Assembly (NCBI GenBank): GCA_002441445.1
Contig: DJWC01000085.1
Location: forward strand, 34,798 to 98,797
Length of the DNA: 64,000 bases
Source: Pusillimonas sp. UBA6240
GTDB taxonomy: Bacteria; Pseudomonadota; Gammaproteobacteria; Burkholderiales; Burkholderiaceae_B
Direction of reading: 5' to 3'
The notes under the pieces are model-generated. The model was not told the DNA's origin. It saw only the letters and a program-made list of their open reading frames with translations, and made no database searches. A program made the translations under genes and the position numbers. This document shows, piece by piece, positions 35,300-44,866 of this stretch. How positions within the stretch are numbered: position 1 is the first letter of the stretch; each line of letters starts with the position of its first letter.

Positions 35300-36814
35300 A
35301 TGCAAACAAGCGTTACGCAAAGTCTGATGGACGCGTTCAAGGTGTTCTTCCCGTACGCCGATGGGCTGGGCTCTTATGCGGGAGGGCGGCTGTTGCCGGG
35401 CGATGGTCCGCCGGTCGCCTTGCAGGATCCCGCTACGGGGCGGGACGTGCTGGCCTATGCCGATGCGGGGCCGCAGGTGGTGGAAGCCGCGGCGCAGGCG
35501 GCGCAAGCCGCGCAAGCGGCCTGGGCCGCGCTGCCCCACGCACAGCGGGGCCGCATCGTTTTCGCCGTGGGCGCGGTCATTCGCGCCCAGCAGGAATCAT
35601 TGGCCCGATTGGAATCCATCAATGCCGGCAAGCCCATACGGGACTGCCGCGTGGAAGTGGCCAAAGTGGCGGAAATGTTTGAGTATTACGGCGGCTGGGC
35701 GGACAAGTTCCATGGCCAGGTCATTCCTGTCCCGAGCGGCCACCTGAACTACACCCGGCGCGAGCCCATGGGCGTCGTGCTGCAGATCACGCCATGGAAC
35801 GCGCCCATCTTCACTTGCGGGTGGCAGGTGGCGCCGGCGATTGCAATGGGCAACGGCGTGCTGCTCAAACCGTCGGAGCTTACACCCTGCACTTCACTGG
35901 CCGTGGCCATGCTGGCGGAGCAGGCCGGCGTGCCCGCGGGCCTGATCAACGTCCTGGCGGGTTACGGCCATACCACGGGGCAGGCCGCCATCGGGCATGC
36001 TGCGGTCCGGAAAGTCGTGTTCGTAGGTTCGCCCGCCACTGGCAAGAGGGTGGCCGCCGCGGCGGCCGAGCGCATCGTGCCTTGCGTGCTCGAGCTGGGC
36101 GGCAAGTCGGCCAATATCGTGTTTGACGATGCCAACCTGGAAAAGGCCAGCCAGGGCGCGCAGGCGGCGATTTTTTCAGCGGCGGGCCAAAGCTGCGTGG
36201 CGGGCTCCAGATTGCTGGTGCAGCGCAGCATCTATGAACGCTTCGTGGCCATGGTGGCGCAGGGGGCCGACCGCATACGGGTGGGGCCGCCGCAGGACGA
36301 CAAAACCGAAGTGGGGCCCATCGCCAACAACAAGCAGTACGCCCATGTACAGGGCATGATACAGGACGGCCTTGCGGCGGGGGCCGTATTGGCCAGCCAA
36401 TCGGCCGATTGTCCGCGGCCGGGCTTTTATGTACGCCCCACCGTGCTGTCCCAGGTCAGCAACAGCATGCGGCTTGCGCAGGAAGAAGTCTTCGGGCCGG
36501 TGCTTGCCGCCATCCCCTTCGATACCGAGGAAGAAGCGGTCAGCATCGCCAATGATACGCGCTTCGGCCTGGCCGGGGCGGTATGGACGGGCGATACGGC
36601 GAGGGCGCATCGCGTGGCCGCTAAAGTAAAGGCTGGCACTTTCTGGATCAATGCCTACAAAATCATCAACGTGGCCTCGCCGTTCGGCGGCTACGGCGAT
36701 AGCGGCTACGGCCGTTCCAGCGGCATGGAGGCGCTGTACGAATACACGCAGACCAAGAGCGTATGGGTGGAAACCGCCGCCGAAACCGCGCCGGTATTCG
36801 GGTATGCCCCATGA
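35300..36814 (+). CDS. NAD(P)+-dependent aldehyde dehydrogenase
   Basis: 504 aa. ELGGKSANIVF, catalytic Cys context GQSCVAGSR. SD aggag. Confidence 0.9.
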   Translation: MQTSVTQSLMDAFKVFFPYADGLGSYAGGRLLPGDGPPVALQDPATGRDVLAYADAGPQVVEAAAQAAQAAQAAWAALPHAQRGRIVFAVGAVIRAQQESLARLESINAGKPIRDCRVEVAKVAEMFEYYGGWADKFHGQVIPVPSGHLNYTRREPMGVVLQITPWNAPIFTCGWQVAPAIAMGNGVLLKPSELTPCTSLAVAMLAEQAGVPAGLINVLAGYGHTTGQAAIGHAAVRKVVFVGSPATGKRVAAAAAERIVPCVLELGGKSANIVFDDANLEKASQGAQAAIFSAAGQSCVAGSRLLVQRSIYERFVAMVAQGADRIRVGPPQDDKTEVGPIANNKQYAHVQGMIQDGLAAGAVLASQSADCPRPGFYVRPTVLSQVSNSMRLAQEEVFGPVLAAIPFDTEEEAVSIANDTRFGLAGAVWTGDTARAHRVAAKVKAGTFWINAYKIINVASPFGGYGDSGYGRSSGMEALYEYTQTKSVWVETAAETAPVFGYAP

Positions 36815-36901
36815 TCCTGTTTTATTGCCATCTCGTACACCATCCTGTATCTTTGGATAGGCATGCTTTACCGACAACAGACCCCCGTGTGCATATAAGG
36901 C

Positions 36902-36924
36902 GGCAAGGCCCATAGCGCCTTGCC
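36902..36924 (+). terminator. Hairpin (8-bp stem GGCAAGGC/GCCTTGCC, 7-nt loop) after the ALDH gene
   Basis: Read directly, 88 nt after the stop. No U-tract. Confidence 0.3.
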
Positions 36925-36989
36925 CCTGTCGCGGCCTGGCCGCACGCTACGCGCGGGCTATACAACAGCAGCACTGAAGGAGACTCGAG

Positions 36990-38588
36990 ATGTATAAAAC
37001 TCTTAAGGTTTCAAGTTTGGTGGGCAGTTTGTTGGTGGCGCTGCCGCTGACCATGGGCGCGGCGGGCGCCGCGCGGGCGGAAACCGTCATTACGGCGGTC
37101 ATGCAGGCGCCTTTGCGCTCTCTCGATCCGGTCATCACCACGGCCTACGTCATCCGCAACTACGGCTACATGATCTACGACACTTTGCTCAGTGTCGACG
37201 CCCACGGCGAGATCAAGCCGCAGATGCTCGAAAAATGGGAAGTCTCCGCGGATGGCAAGACCTATACCTTTACGCTGCGCGACGGCTTGAAGTGGCACGA
37301 CGGCAAGCCTGTCACCGCGGACGACTGCATAGCCTCCATCAAGCGTTGGGCCAAGCAAGACAAAATGGGTCAGGTCATGGAAACCTTGACGACGTCCATG
37401 GACAAGGTGAACGACAAGACATTCTCCATGACTTTCAGCGCGCCGACCAATATCGTGCTGCGCGCCTTGTCCAAACCCAGTTCCCTGGCGGCGTTCATCA
37501 TGCCGGAAAGGGTGGCCAAGACCTCTCCGTCGGAACCGATTACCGAATCCATAGGCTCGGGGCCCTTCAAATTCGTCGCCAGCGAATACAAGCCCGGCGT
37601 GCAGGCCGTCTTCGTGAAGAATCAGGATTACGTTCCGCGCAATGAGCCGCCCAGCGGCATGGCCGGCGGGCGCGTGGTCAAGGTGGACAAGGTGCGCTGG
37701 GTGTCCATGCCGGACGCCATGACGGGCATCAATGCGCTGAAGAACAAGGAAATCGACTTCATCGAGCAAGCGCCCTACGACTTGCTGCCCATTCTGGAGC
37801 AGGACAAGGACATACAGCTCATCGTCGCCAAAAGCCAGGGCGGGCAGCCCATCATGCGGCTCAACCACCTCATCCCGCCATTCGACAACAAGTTGATCCG
37901 CAAGGCCGCCATGGCCGCCATAGATCAGAAGGCCATCATGCAGGCGGACATCGGCAACCCCAAGTATTACTCCACCTGCGGCGCGCTGTTCGGCTGCGAC
38001 AGCACTTACGCCTCCACCGCCGGTTCCGAAGATCTCATCAAGGCCGAACCTGAAAAATCCAAGGCCTTGCTGAAGGAAGGCAAATACGACGGCACGCCCG
38101 TGGTCATCATGCACCCCACCGACTTCGCCAATGCCGGCGGGTCTTTCGTGCCGGTCATCGCCCAGCAACTGCGCCAGGGCGGCTTCAAGGTGGATGTGCA
38201 GGCCATGGACTGGCAGACAGTGGTCACGCGGCGCGCCTCGCAAAAGCCGGTGGCCGAAGGCGGCTGGAATATCTTCACCACTTATCTGTCCTTGGCCGAC
38301 ATCACCGATCCGCTCAGCAATTACACCGTGGCTGCCAACGGCAAGGGGGCCTGGTTCGGCTGGCCGACGTCGCCTGAAATCGAAAAGCTGCGCCAGCAAT
38401 TCGCCACCTCCGCTGACGCCGCCGAACTCAAGCGGCTGGCGACCGAAGTCCAGAAGCTGGCCATGGACGAGGTTGCGGTCGTTCCGCTGGGTGAATTTTC
38501 CGTCGTGGCCGCCGCACGCAAATCGCTCAAGGGCATTCTCAACGCACCGGTCCCCGTCTTCTGGAACATCGAAAAGACTAAAGACTGA
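36990..38588 (+). CDS. ABC transporter substrate-binding protein, family 5 (peptide/nickel/opine type)
   Basis: 532 aa. Signal peptide ...AARAE. SBP_bac_5-like sequence throughout. SD gaaggag. Confidence 0.9.
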   Translation: MYKTLKVSSLVGSLLVALPLTMGAAGAARAETVITAVMQAPLRSLDPVITTAYVIRNYGYMIYDTLLSVDAHGEIKPQMLEKWEVSADGKTYTFTLRDGLKWHDGKPVTADDCIASIKRWAKQDKMGQVMETLTTSMDKVNDKTFSMTFSAPTNIVLRALSKPSSLAAFIMPERVAKTSPSEPITESIGSGPFKFVASEYKPGVQAVFVKNQDYVPRNEPPSGMAGGRVVKVDKVRWVSMPDAMTGINALKNKEIDFIEQAPYDLLPILEQDKDIQLIVAKSQGGQPIMRLNHLIPPFDNKLIRKAAMAAIDQKAIMQADIGNPKYYSTCGALFGCDSTYASTAGSEDLIKAEPEKSKALLKEGKYDGTPVVIMHPTDFANAGGSFVPVIAQQLRQGGFKVDVQAMDWQTVVTRRASQKPVAEGGWNIFTTYLSLADITDPLSNYTVAANGKGAWFGWPTSPEIEKLRQQFATSADAAELKRLATEVQKLAMDEVAVVPLGEFSVVAAARKSLKGILNAPVPVFWNIEKTKD

Positions 38589-39529
38589 TGCTGCTCATCA
38601 TACTGAAGCGGCTGGCCGCCACCGTCCCCGTATTGCTGGTGGTGGCCGTCGTCATATTCAGCGTGCTCAGGCTCACGCCGGGAGACCCGGCCGCCATCGT
38701 GGCCGGCGATGGCGCGACCGTGCAGCAGATCGAGGAAATACGCCGCCACATGGGGCTGGACCAGCCCATCCCCGTGCAGTTCTTCAAATGGATAGGCGAT
38801 GTCTTGCAGGGGGATTTCGGCACGTCGCTGATTTCGAATCTGCCGGTCAAGGACATGATCCTCGACCGCATGGGTCCCACCATCGCCATCACGCTCTACA
38901 CCGTGCTTTACACCGTCATCATTTCCATACCGGTGGGCATCATTTCGGCATGGCGGCGCGGCAAGGCGGTGGACAAGGTCGTTACCGCGGGCTCGGTGCT
39001 GGGCTTCTCGGTGCCGGTGTTCATCACGGCCTATGTGCTGATCTTCATTTTTTCGATGGCGCTGGGCTGGCTGCCGGTACAAGGCTATAGGCCGCTCAGC
39101 GAAGGCCTGTGGCCGCACATCAAGCATTTGATCCTGCCCGTGGCGTCGCTGGGAACCATATACATCGCCCTGGTCACCCGTTTCGTCAGGTCCAGCATCA
39201 TCGACACCCTGGGGGAAGACTATATACGCACCGCGCGGGCCAAAGGCCTGAACGAGCGCTCGGTGCTGATCCACCACGCCCTGGGCAACGCCGCCGTTCC
39301 CATCCTGACCATCATCGGGATAACGATCACCATGCTGATCGGCGGCGTGGTGGTCACGGAATCGGTGTTCAACATACCCGGCTTGGGGCGGCTGGTGGTC
39401 GAAGCGATCCTGGCGAAGGACTTCACCATCATACAAGCCTTGATCGTGCTGTTTTCGGTGGTCGATATCGTCATCAACCTGATTATCGACATCTTGTACA
39501 AAGTCTTCGATCCGCGTATCGATTCATAA
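38588..39529 (+). CDS. ABC transporter permease (DppB/OppB-like)
   Basis: 313 aa. MLLIILKRLAATVPVLLVVAVVIFSVLRLTPGDPA is the typical N-terminus. The ATG overlaps the upstream TGA by 1 nt. Confidence 0.9.
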   Translation: MLLIILKRLAATVPVLLVVAVVIFSVLRLTPGDPAAIVAGDGATVQQIEEIRRHMGLDQPIPVQFFKWIGDVLQGDFGTSLISNLPVKDMILDRMGPTIAITLYTVLYTVIISIPVGIISAWRRGKAVDKVVTAGSVLGFSVPVFITAYVLIFIFSMALGWLPVQGYRPLSEGLWPHIKHLILPVASLGTIYIALVTRFVRSSIIDTLGEDYIRTARAKGLNERSVLIHHALGNAAVPILTIIGITITMLIGGVVVTESVFNIPGLGRLVVEAILAKDFTIIQALIVLFSVVDIVINLIIDILYKVFDPRIDS

Positions 39530-39558
39530 AGGGGGCGGGGGCATCCCTTCGGGCATCC

Positions 39559-40398
39559 ATGGCGACACCAAGCAAACTGACCCTGTTTCTGTCCAGCTGG
39601 CCGACGCGCCTGGCGCTGGCCATGGTGGCGCTCGTCGTCGTGATGGCGGTGTTCGCCCCCTGGTTGTCGACGCAGGATCCGATGTTCCTGGACCCCGCCG
39701 TGCGCTTGAAGGGCCCGTCGCCGGATCACCTGCTGGGCACCGACGCTTTCGGCCGCGACCTGTATTCGCGCATTATCTATGGTTCGCGCGTGTCGCTGAT
39801 GGTGGGCGCCGGCGTTCTGGCCATCAGCATCGCCTTCGGCGTCGTGCTGGGCGCTCTGGCAGGCTACTTTCGGGGGCTGGATTCTATCATTATGCGCATC
39901 ATGGACGGCATCATGGCCATACCTGCGGTGCTGCTGGCGATCGCGCTGGTCGCGGTGTCGGGTTCCAGCCTGTACACGGTCATCATCGCCATCGCCGTTC
40001 CGGAGATTCCGCGCGTCACGCGGCTGGTGCGCAGCATCATGCTCAGCGTGCGGGGCGAACCCTATGTCGAAGCCGCCATCACGCTGGGCACGCCGCCGGC
40101 CAAGGTGCTGCTGCGGCACATGCTGCCCAATACGGTGGCGCCGTTGATCGTGCAGGGCACTTATATTTTCGCCTCGGCCGTATTGATCGAGGCCATCCTG
40201 AGCTTCCTGGGCGCCGGCATCCCTCCCGAAGTGCCATCCTGGGGCAATATCATTGCGGACGGGCGCAGCTATTTCCAGCTCATTCCCGGCCTGGTGCTGT
40301 ACCCGGGCATAGTGCTGTCGCTGACCATCCTGACCATCAATATGATAGGCGATGCGGCCCGCGATGCGCTGGATCCCAAGCTCGCCGCAAGAAACTAG
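39559..40398 (+). CDS. ABC transporter permease (DppC/OppC-like)
   Basis: ATG at 39559. ...HLLGTDAFGRDLYSRIIYGSR... is typical. The track ORF from 39109 is an out-of-context 5-prime extension overlapping the previous gene. Confidence 0.9.
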   Translation: MATPSKLTLFLSSWPTRLALAMVALVVVMAVFAPWLSTQDPMFLDPAVRLKGPSPDHLLGTDAFGRDLYSRIIYGSRVSLMVGAGVLAISIAFGVVLGALAGYFRGLDSIIMRIMDGIMAIPAVLLAIALVAVSGSSLYTVIIAIAVPEIPRVTRLVRSIMLSVRGEPYVEAAITLGTPPAKVLLRHMLPNTVAPLIVQGTYIFASAVLIEAILSFLGAGIPPEVPSWGNIIADGRSYFQLIPGLVLYPGIVLSLTILTINMIGDAARDALDPKLAARN

Positions 40399-40434
40399 CG
40401 TCCTGTCCGCATCGACAGGCCCGAGGCTCCGGAT

Positions 40435-42090
40435 ATGAACTCAACAACGAACAATGCGGATGTGGTGCTTTCGGTCAGGGACTTGTGCGTGGAGACCGTC
40501 AGCAAATCGGATCCCAAGCCCATACTGAAGTCGGTGTCCTTCGATGTCTATGCGTCGGAAACGCTATGCATCGTGGGCGAATCGGGTTCAGGCAAATCGG
40601 TGACGGCCTTCGCCATCATGGGTTTGCTGCCGCCCGATGCGCTGCGGATAACCGGGGGCACGATCAGCCTGAACAACAAGAACCTGGCCGACAGCAGCTA
40701 TGGTGAAATCCTGGCCCTGCGCGCCACGACCATGTCCATGGTTTTCCAGGAACCCATGACGGCGCTGAATCCGGTGCAGCGCGTGGGCGAGCAGATCGAC
40801 GAAGTCATCCGCATACACCGGAATATGCCGGCGGCGCAGCGCAAGCAAATGGTGCTGAAGATGTTGGGCGAGGTCGATCTGCCGGATCCGCCCAGAATCT
40901 ATGAGTCCTATCCGCATGAGTTGTCCGGCGGCCAGCGCCAGCGCATCGTGATCGCCATTGCGCTCATCCTGGAGCCGAAGCTGCTCATTGCCGACGAACC
41001 GACGACCGCGCTCGACGTGACCACGCAGAAGCAGATTCTGTATCTGATGAAGCAATTGCAGAAGTTGCATGGCACGTCCGTCATTTTCATCACCCACGAC
41101 TTCGGCGTGGTGGCGGAAATCGCCGACCGCATTCTCGTCATGCGCAATGGGGTGAAGGTAGAGGAAGGCACGCGCACCCAGATACTGCGCGCGCCCGTCG
41201 ATGCCTATACGAAGGAGCTGATCTCTTCGGTGCCCAGCATACATCCGCCCGAGGCCAAACATGCCAAGCGCGAACCGGTGCTGGCCGTGCGCAATCTATC
41301 CAAGACCTATGGCAGGAAGCCGCTATTCGGCAAGGCGCGCGGGGTGGCGGCGCTGAGCGACATCAATCTGGACGTCCACAAGGACGAGGTGGTCGGCATC
41401 GTGGGCGAGTCGGGCTCCGGCAAGTCCACGCTGGCGCGCTGCGTGATCGGCCTCGCGGCGGGCTGGGAGGGCGATATCCTTCTGGGCTCGCGGCCTCTGG
41501 AGCCCCATTCCCGCGACCGGCCGCAGGACATCAAAAAACGCATCCAGATCGTTTTCCAGGATCCCTACCGGTCCTTGAATCCGCGGCGCCGGATCGCCGC
41601 CTCGCTGATGGAAGGCCTGGTGAACTTCGGCATGCCGGCCAAGCAAGCATTGGAGAAGGTGGCGGATGTATTGTCCATCGTCGGCCTGGATGCGAGCGTC
41701 CTGGACCGCTATCCCCATCAGTTCTCGGGCGGGCAGCGCCAGCGGCTGTGCCTGGCGCGCGCCATCGTGATGGAGCCCGAAATCCTCATCGCGGACGAGG
41801 CGGTATCGGCGCTGGACGTGACGGTGCAAGGGCAGGTGCTGGAGCTGCTGGCCGACATCAAGCGGCGCACCCAGGTGGCCATTCTATTCATCACACATGA
41901 TTTGCGGGTGGCGGCGCAGATATCCGACAAGATCATCGTCATGCAGAAGGGCAGGATCGTCGAGCAGGGCACCCCGCAGGAAGTCATTTCCGCGCCGCGA
42001 GAGGCGTACACTAAAGAGCTGATCAACTCGGCGCCCGGATCCAATTGGGATTTCAAGCACTTCCGGGAATTCGTGCCCAGTCCCGCATAA
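40435..42090 (+). CDS. ABC transporter ATP-binding protein with duplicated ATPase domains (DppD/DppF fusion type)
   Basis: 551 aa. Two Walker A motifs (GESGSGKS twice) and two signature motifs (LSGGQRQR, FSGGQRQR). Confidence 0.9.
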   Translation: MNSTTNNADVVLSVRDLCVETVSKSDPKPILKSVSFDVYASETLCIVGESGSGKSVTAFAIMGLLPPDALRITGGTISLNNKNLADSSYGEILALRATTMSMVFQEPMTALNPVQRVGEQIDEVIRIHRNMPAAQRKQMVLKMLGEVDLPDPPRIYESYPHELSGGQRQRIVIAIALILEPKLLIADEPTTALDVTTQKQILYLMKQLQKLHGTSVIFITHDFGVVAEIADRILVMRNGVKVEEGTRTQILRAPVDAYTKELISSVPSIHPPEAKHAKREPVLAVRNLSKTYGRKPLFGKARGVAALSDINLDVHKDEVVGIVGESGSGKSTLARCVIGLAAGWEGDILLGSRPLEPHSRDRPQDIKKRIQIVFQDPYRSLNPRRRIAASLMEGLVNFGMPAKQALEKVADVLSIVGLDASVLDRYPHQFSGGQRQRLCLARAIVMEPEILIADEAVSALDVTVQGQVLELLADIKRRTQVAILFITHDLRVAAQISDKIIVMQKGRIVEQGTPQEVISAPREAYTKELINSAPGSNWDFKHFREFVPSPA

Positions 42091-42098
42091 GGAAAGCC

Positions 42099-43619
42099 AT
42101 GCGTATCGTTGTCGCCGGTTTCGAGCATGAGACCAATACTTTCGCGCCCACCAAGGCCGATAGGCGCGCCTTCGAACTGGGAGGCGGCTGGCCCGGCATG
42201 GTATCGGGCCCGGCCCTGTTCAAAGCCGTCGAAGGCGCGAACATCCCCGCAGCGGGCTTCATCCGCGCGGCGCAGGCCGCGGGGCATACCCTGCTGCCCA
42301 CGACCTGGTGCGCGGCCAGCCCTTCGGCGCATGTCACCCGCGATGCCTACGAGCACATCAGCGCGCTCATCCTGGAGCAGATGGCGGCCGCCTTGCCGGC
42401 GGATGCGGTCTACCTGGACCTGCATGGCGCCATGGTGGCCGAGCATCTGGACGACGGCGAGGGCGAGCTGATCGCCAGGGTGCGCCGCCTGGTTGGCGAC
42501 GGCATCCCCATCGTGGTCAGCCTGGACCTGCATGCCAATGTCACGGAAAGGATGCTGCGGGGCGCCGATGCTTTGTTCGCCTTTCGGACCTATCCGCATG
42601 TGGACATGGCGGAGACCGGCGAGCGCGTTTTTCGCTACCTGCAGCAGCGCTTCGATGGGCTGCCGCGCCAGCGGCCGGCCTGGAAACGCATTCCCTTCCT
42701 CATCCCCATCTGCTGGCAAAGCACCTTCATGGAGCCGGCCAAATCGCTGTACAAGAAGCTGGAACGGATCGAAGCCACGCCGGGCGTAAGCGGCATGTCG
42801 CTGTGCATGGGGTTTCCGGCCGCTGACTTTCCCGAATGCGCGGGCATGGTGTGGGCTTATGGCGCATCCGATACGCTTGCGCGGCAGGCCGTGGACGAGC
42901 TGTTTCAGGCCGTGGTCGAGGCCGAGCACGGGTTCGCAGGCACGCTCTACGAAGCCGATGCGGCCGTGCGCAAGGCGCAGGCGCTTGCGCAGCAGGCCTC
43001 GCGTCCCGTCGTCATCGCCGATGCGCAAGACAACCCGGGGGCGGGCAGCGATTCGGACACGACGGGCATGCTGCGCGCCCTGGTTGCCCATGATGCCCAG
43101 GCTGCGGCCATAGGCCTGATCGTCGATCCGGAGTCGGCGGCGCTGGCCCACCAGGCCGGGGCGGGCCATACCGTGCGCCTGAAACTGGGCGGCAAGTCGG
43201 GCGTGCCTGGAGACGAGCCCTTCGAGGGCGACTATCTGGTGGAAAGCCTGTCGGATGGCCGGTTTCTGGCCAAGGGGCCTTATTATAAAGGCATCCATAT
43301 GGCGCTGGGGCCTTCGGCCTGCTTGCGCCGGGGCGGCGTGCGCATCGTAGTCACGACCGACAAGGCCCAGATGGCGGACCAGGAAATGTTCAGGTTCGTA
43401 GGCATCGAACCGACGGCGCAGAAAATCCTGGTGCTCAAGAGCGCCACGCATTTCAGGGCGGACTTCGAACCGATAGCGTCCGGGGTGCTGGTGGCCATCG
43501 CGCCGGGTTCCATGAAAATCGACCCCGCCTTGCTGCCCTGGACGCGGCTTGCCGGCGACATCCGCCTGAACCCCGGCGGGCCCACTTTCGCCGAGTCCGG
43601 CAAGGCCCAGGGGCGTTGA
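42099..43619 (+). CDS. M81-family metallopeptidase (MlrC/microcystinase C-like)
   Basis: The N-terminus MRIVVAGFEHETNTFAP is characteristic of MlrC-like proteins. About 506 aa from the ATG at 42099. Confidence 0.75.
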   Translation: MRIVVAGFEHETNTFAPTKADRRAFELGGGWPGMVSGPALFKAVEGANIPAAGFIRAAQAAGHTLLPTTWCAASPSAHVTRDAYEHISALILEQMAAALPADAVYLDLHGAMVAEHLDDGEGELIARVRRLVGDGIPIVVSLDLHANVTERMLRGADALFAFRTYPHVDMAETGERVFRYLQQRFDGLPRQRPAWKRIPFLIPICWQSTFMEPAKSLYKKLERIEATPGVSGMSLCMGFPAADFPECAGMVWAYGASDTLARQAVDELFQAVVEAEHGFAGTLYEADAAVRKAQALAQQASRPVVIADAQDNPGAGSDSDTTGMLRALVAHDAQAAAIGLIVDPESAALAHQAGAGHTVRLKLGGKSGVPGDEPFEGDYLVESLSDGRFLAKGPYYKGIHMALGPSACLRRGGVRIVVTTDKAQMADQEMFRFVGIEPTAQKILVLKSATHFRADFEPIASGVLVAIAPGSMKIDPALLPWTRLAGDIRLNPGGPTFAESGKAQGR

Positions 43620-43660
43620 ATATGCAGCCTTCTGTGGAAGCTGATGCATAAGGAAAGGAC

Positions 43661-44812
43661 ATGAAGCAGCAATCACGAGACATGATCGCCAGGCTGGTGG
43701 GCTTCGACACCGTGTCGCGCAATTCCAATATGGCCTTGATCGACTATGTGCGCGACTACCTGGCCGGCCATGGCGTGCAAAGCCGGCTGGTGAAAAGTCC
43801 CGACGGCAAGAAGTCCAATCTGTATGCCACCGTGGGGCCCGATATAGAGGGCGGCGTGGTGCTGTCGGGGCATACGGATGTGGTGCCGGTGGACGGCCAG
43901 CCCTGGGACACCGACCCCTTCGTCCTGACGGAAAAAGACGGCAGACTATACGGGCGCGGCACCTGCGACATGAAGTCCTTCATCGCCATCGGCCTGGCGA
44001 TGGCGCCGGACATGCTGCGCGCCGGGCTGAAGCGCCCCATACATTTTGCGCTCAGCTATGACGAAGAGGTGGGCTGCGTGGGCGCGCCCGCGATGATAGA
44101 ACGCATGGCCGCGGAAATCGCCAGGCCGGGAGCCGTCATCGTCGGCGAGCCGACCAGCATGGCCCCCATCATGGCGCACAAGGGCATCGCCGCCGCGCGC
44201 ACCACCGTCATCGGCCACGAGGCGCACTCCAGCCAGGTGCAGCGCGGCGTGAGCGCCGTCATGACCGCCGCCAGGCTGATCACCTTCCTGGACGACATGA
44301 TGGCCGAAAACAAGGCCAAGGCTGATCCGGACTGCCCCTTCGTGCCGCCGTTTTCCACCATCCATGTGGGCGTGGTCCATGGCGGCACCGCCTTGAACAT
44401 CATTTCGCGCGAATGCTCCTTCGTCTGGGACGTCCGCGTGCTGCCCGGCGAAGACTGGCGCGATTATCTCGACCGCTTCCAAGCATACGCCGACAGCCTG
44501 CTGCCGGCAATGAAAGCCATTTCTCCCCATGTCTCCATCACCACGGAAGTCCTCGCCGATGCGCCGCCGCTGACGCACGAAGGCAGCGACGAGGCGCAGC
44601 GGCTCGCCCTGCGCTTGTCGGGCTGCGCATGCTGCGGCGTGGTGCCCTATGCCACCGAAGGCGGACAGTTCCGCCGGCATGGCTGGCCGGTGGTGGTATG
44701 CGGGCCGGGTTCCATCGACCAGGCGCATCAGCCCAACGAATACATCGACGTGGCGCAGGTCGGCGAATGCGAAACGTTCATCGGAAAACTGATAGATCAA
44801 CTGGCAAGCTGA
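43661..44812 (+). CDS. argE: M20-family deacylase, acetylornithine deacetylase (ArgE)-like
   Basis: 383 aa. LVGFDTVSRNSN...LSGHTDVVPV...WDTDPF... is typical of ArgE/M20. The physiological substrate is not certain. Confidence 0.75.
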   Translation: MKQQSRDMIARLVGFDTVSRNSNMALIDYVRDYLAGHGVQSRLVKSPDGKKSNLYATVGPDIEGGVVLSGHTDVVPVDGQPWDTDPFVLTEKDGRLYGRGTCDMKSFIAIGLAMAPDMLRAGLKRPIHFALSYDEEVGCVGAPAMIERMAAEIARPGAVIVGEPTSMAPIMAHKGIAAARTTVIGHEAHSSQVQRGVSAVMTAARLITFLDDMMAENKAKADPDCPFVPPFSTIHVGVVHGGTALNIISRECSFVWDVRVLPGEDWRDYLDRFQAYADSLLPAMKAISPHVSITTEVLADAPPLTHEGSDEAQRLALRLSGCACCGVVPYATEGGQFRRHGWPVVVCGPGSIDQAHQPNEYIDVAQVGECETFIGKLIDQLAS

Positions 44813-44866
44813 AGCAGCCCCCGGATTTGTTCATGTGAGCATGTCCAGCAAGCCTGTTCCATCCAT

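Noticed and set aside
35485-35530. Low-complexity Ala/Gln run (AAAQAAQAAQAAWAA) in the second aldehyde dehydrogenase
   Set aside because: It is a short, imperfect GC-rich codon reiteration in a surface helix region of ALDHs. It is not a clean tandem repeat and has no obvious consequence.
34263-38399. Long - strand ORFs 34263..35258 (331 aa) and 37011..38399 (462 aa), and similar ones elsewhere (43946..44800, 63015..63866 +, 32884..33825, 8783..9640 +)
   Set aside because: All lie exactly opposite well-supported genes and have skewed Ala/Arg/Gly/Pro composition. They are GC-driven stop-codon depletion, not genes.
41718-43676. 652-aa - strand ORF antisense to the ABC ATPase 3-prime end and the MlrC-like gene
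   Set aside because: Same reasoning: low-complexity R/G/A/H/P-rich translation with no family resemblance. The + strand frames carry strong ABC and M81 signatures.
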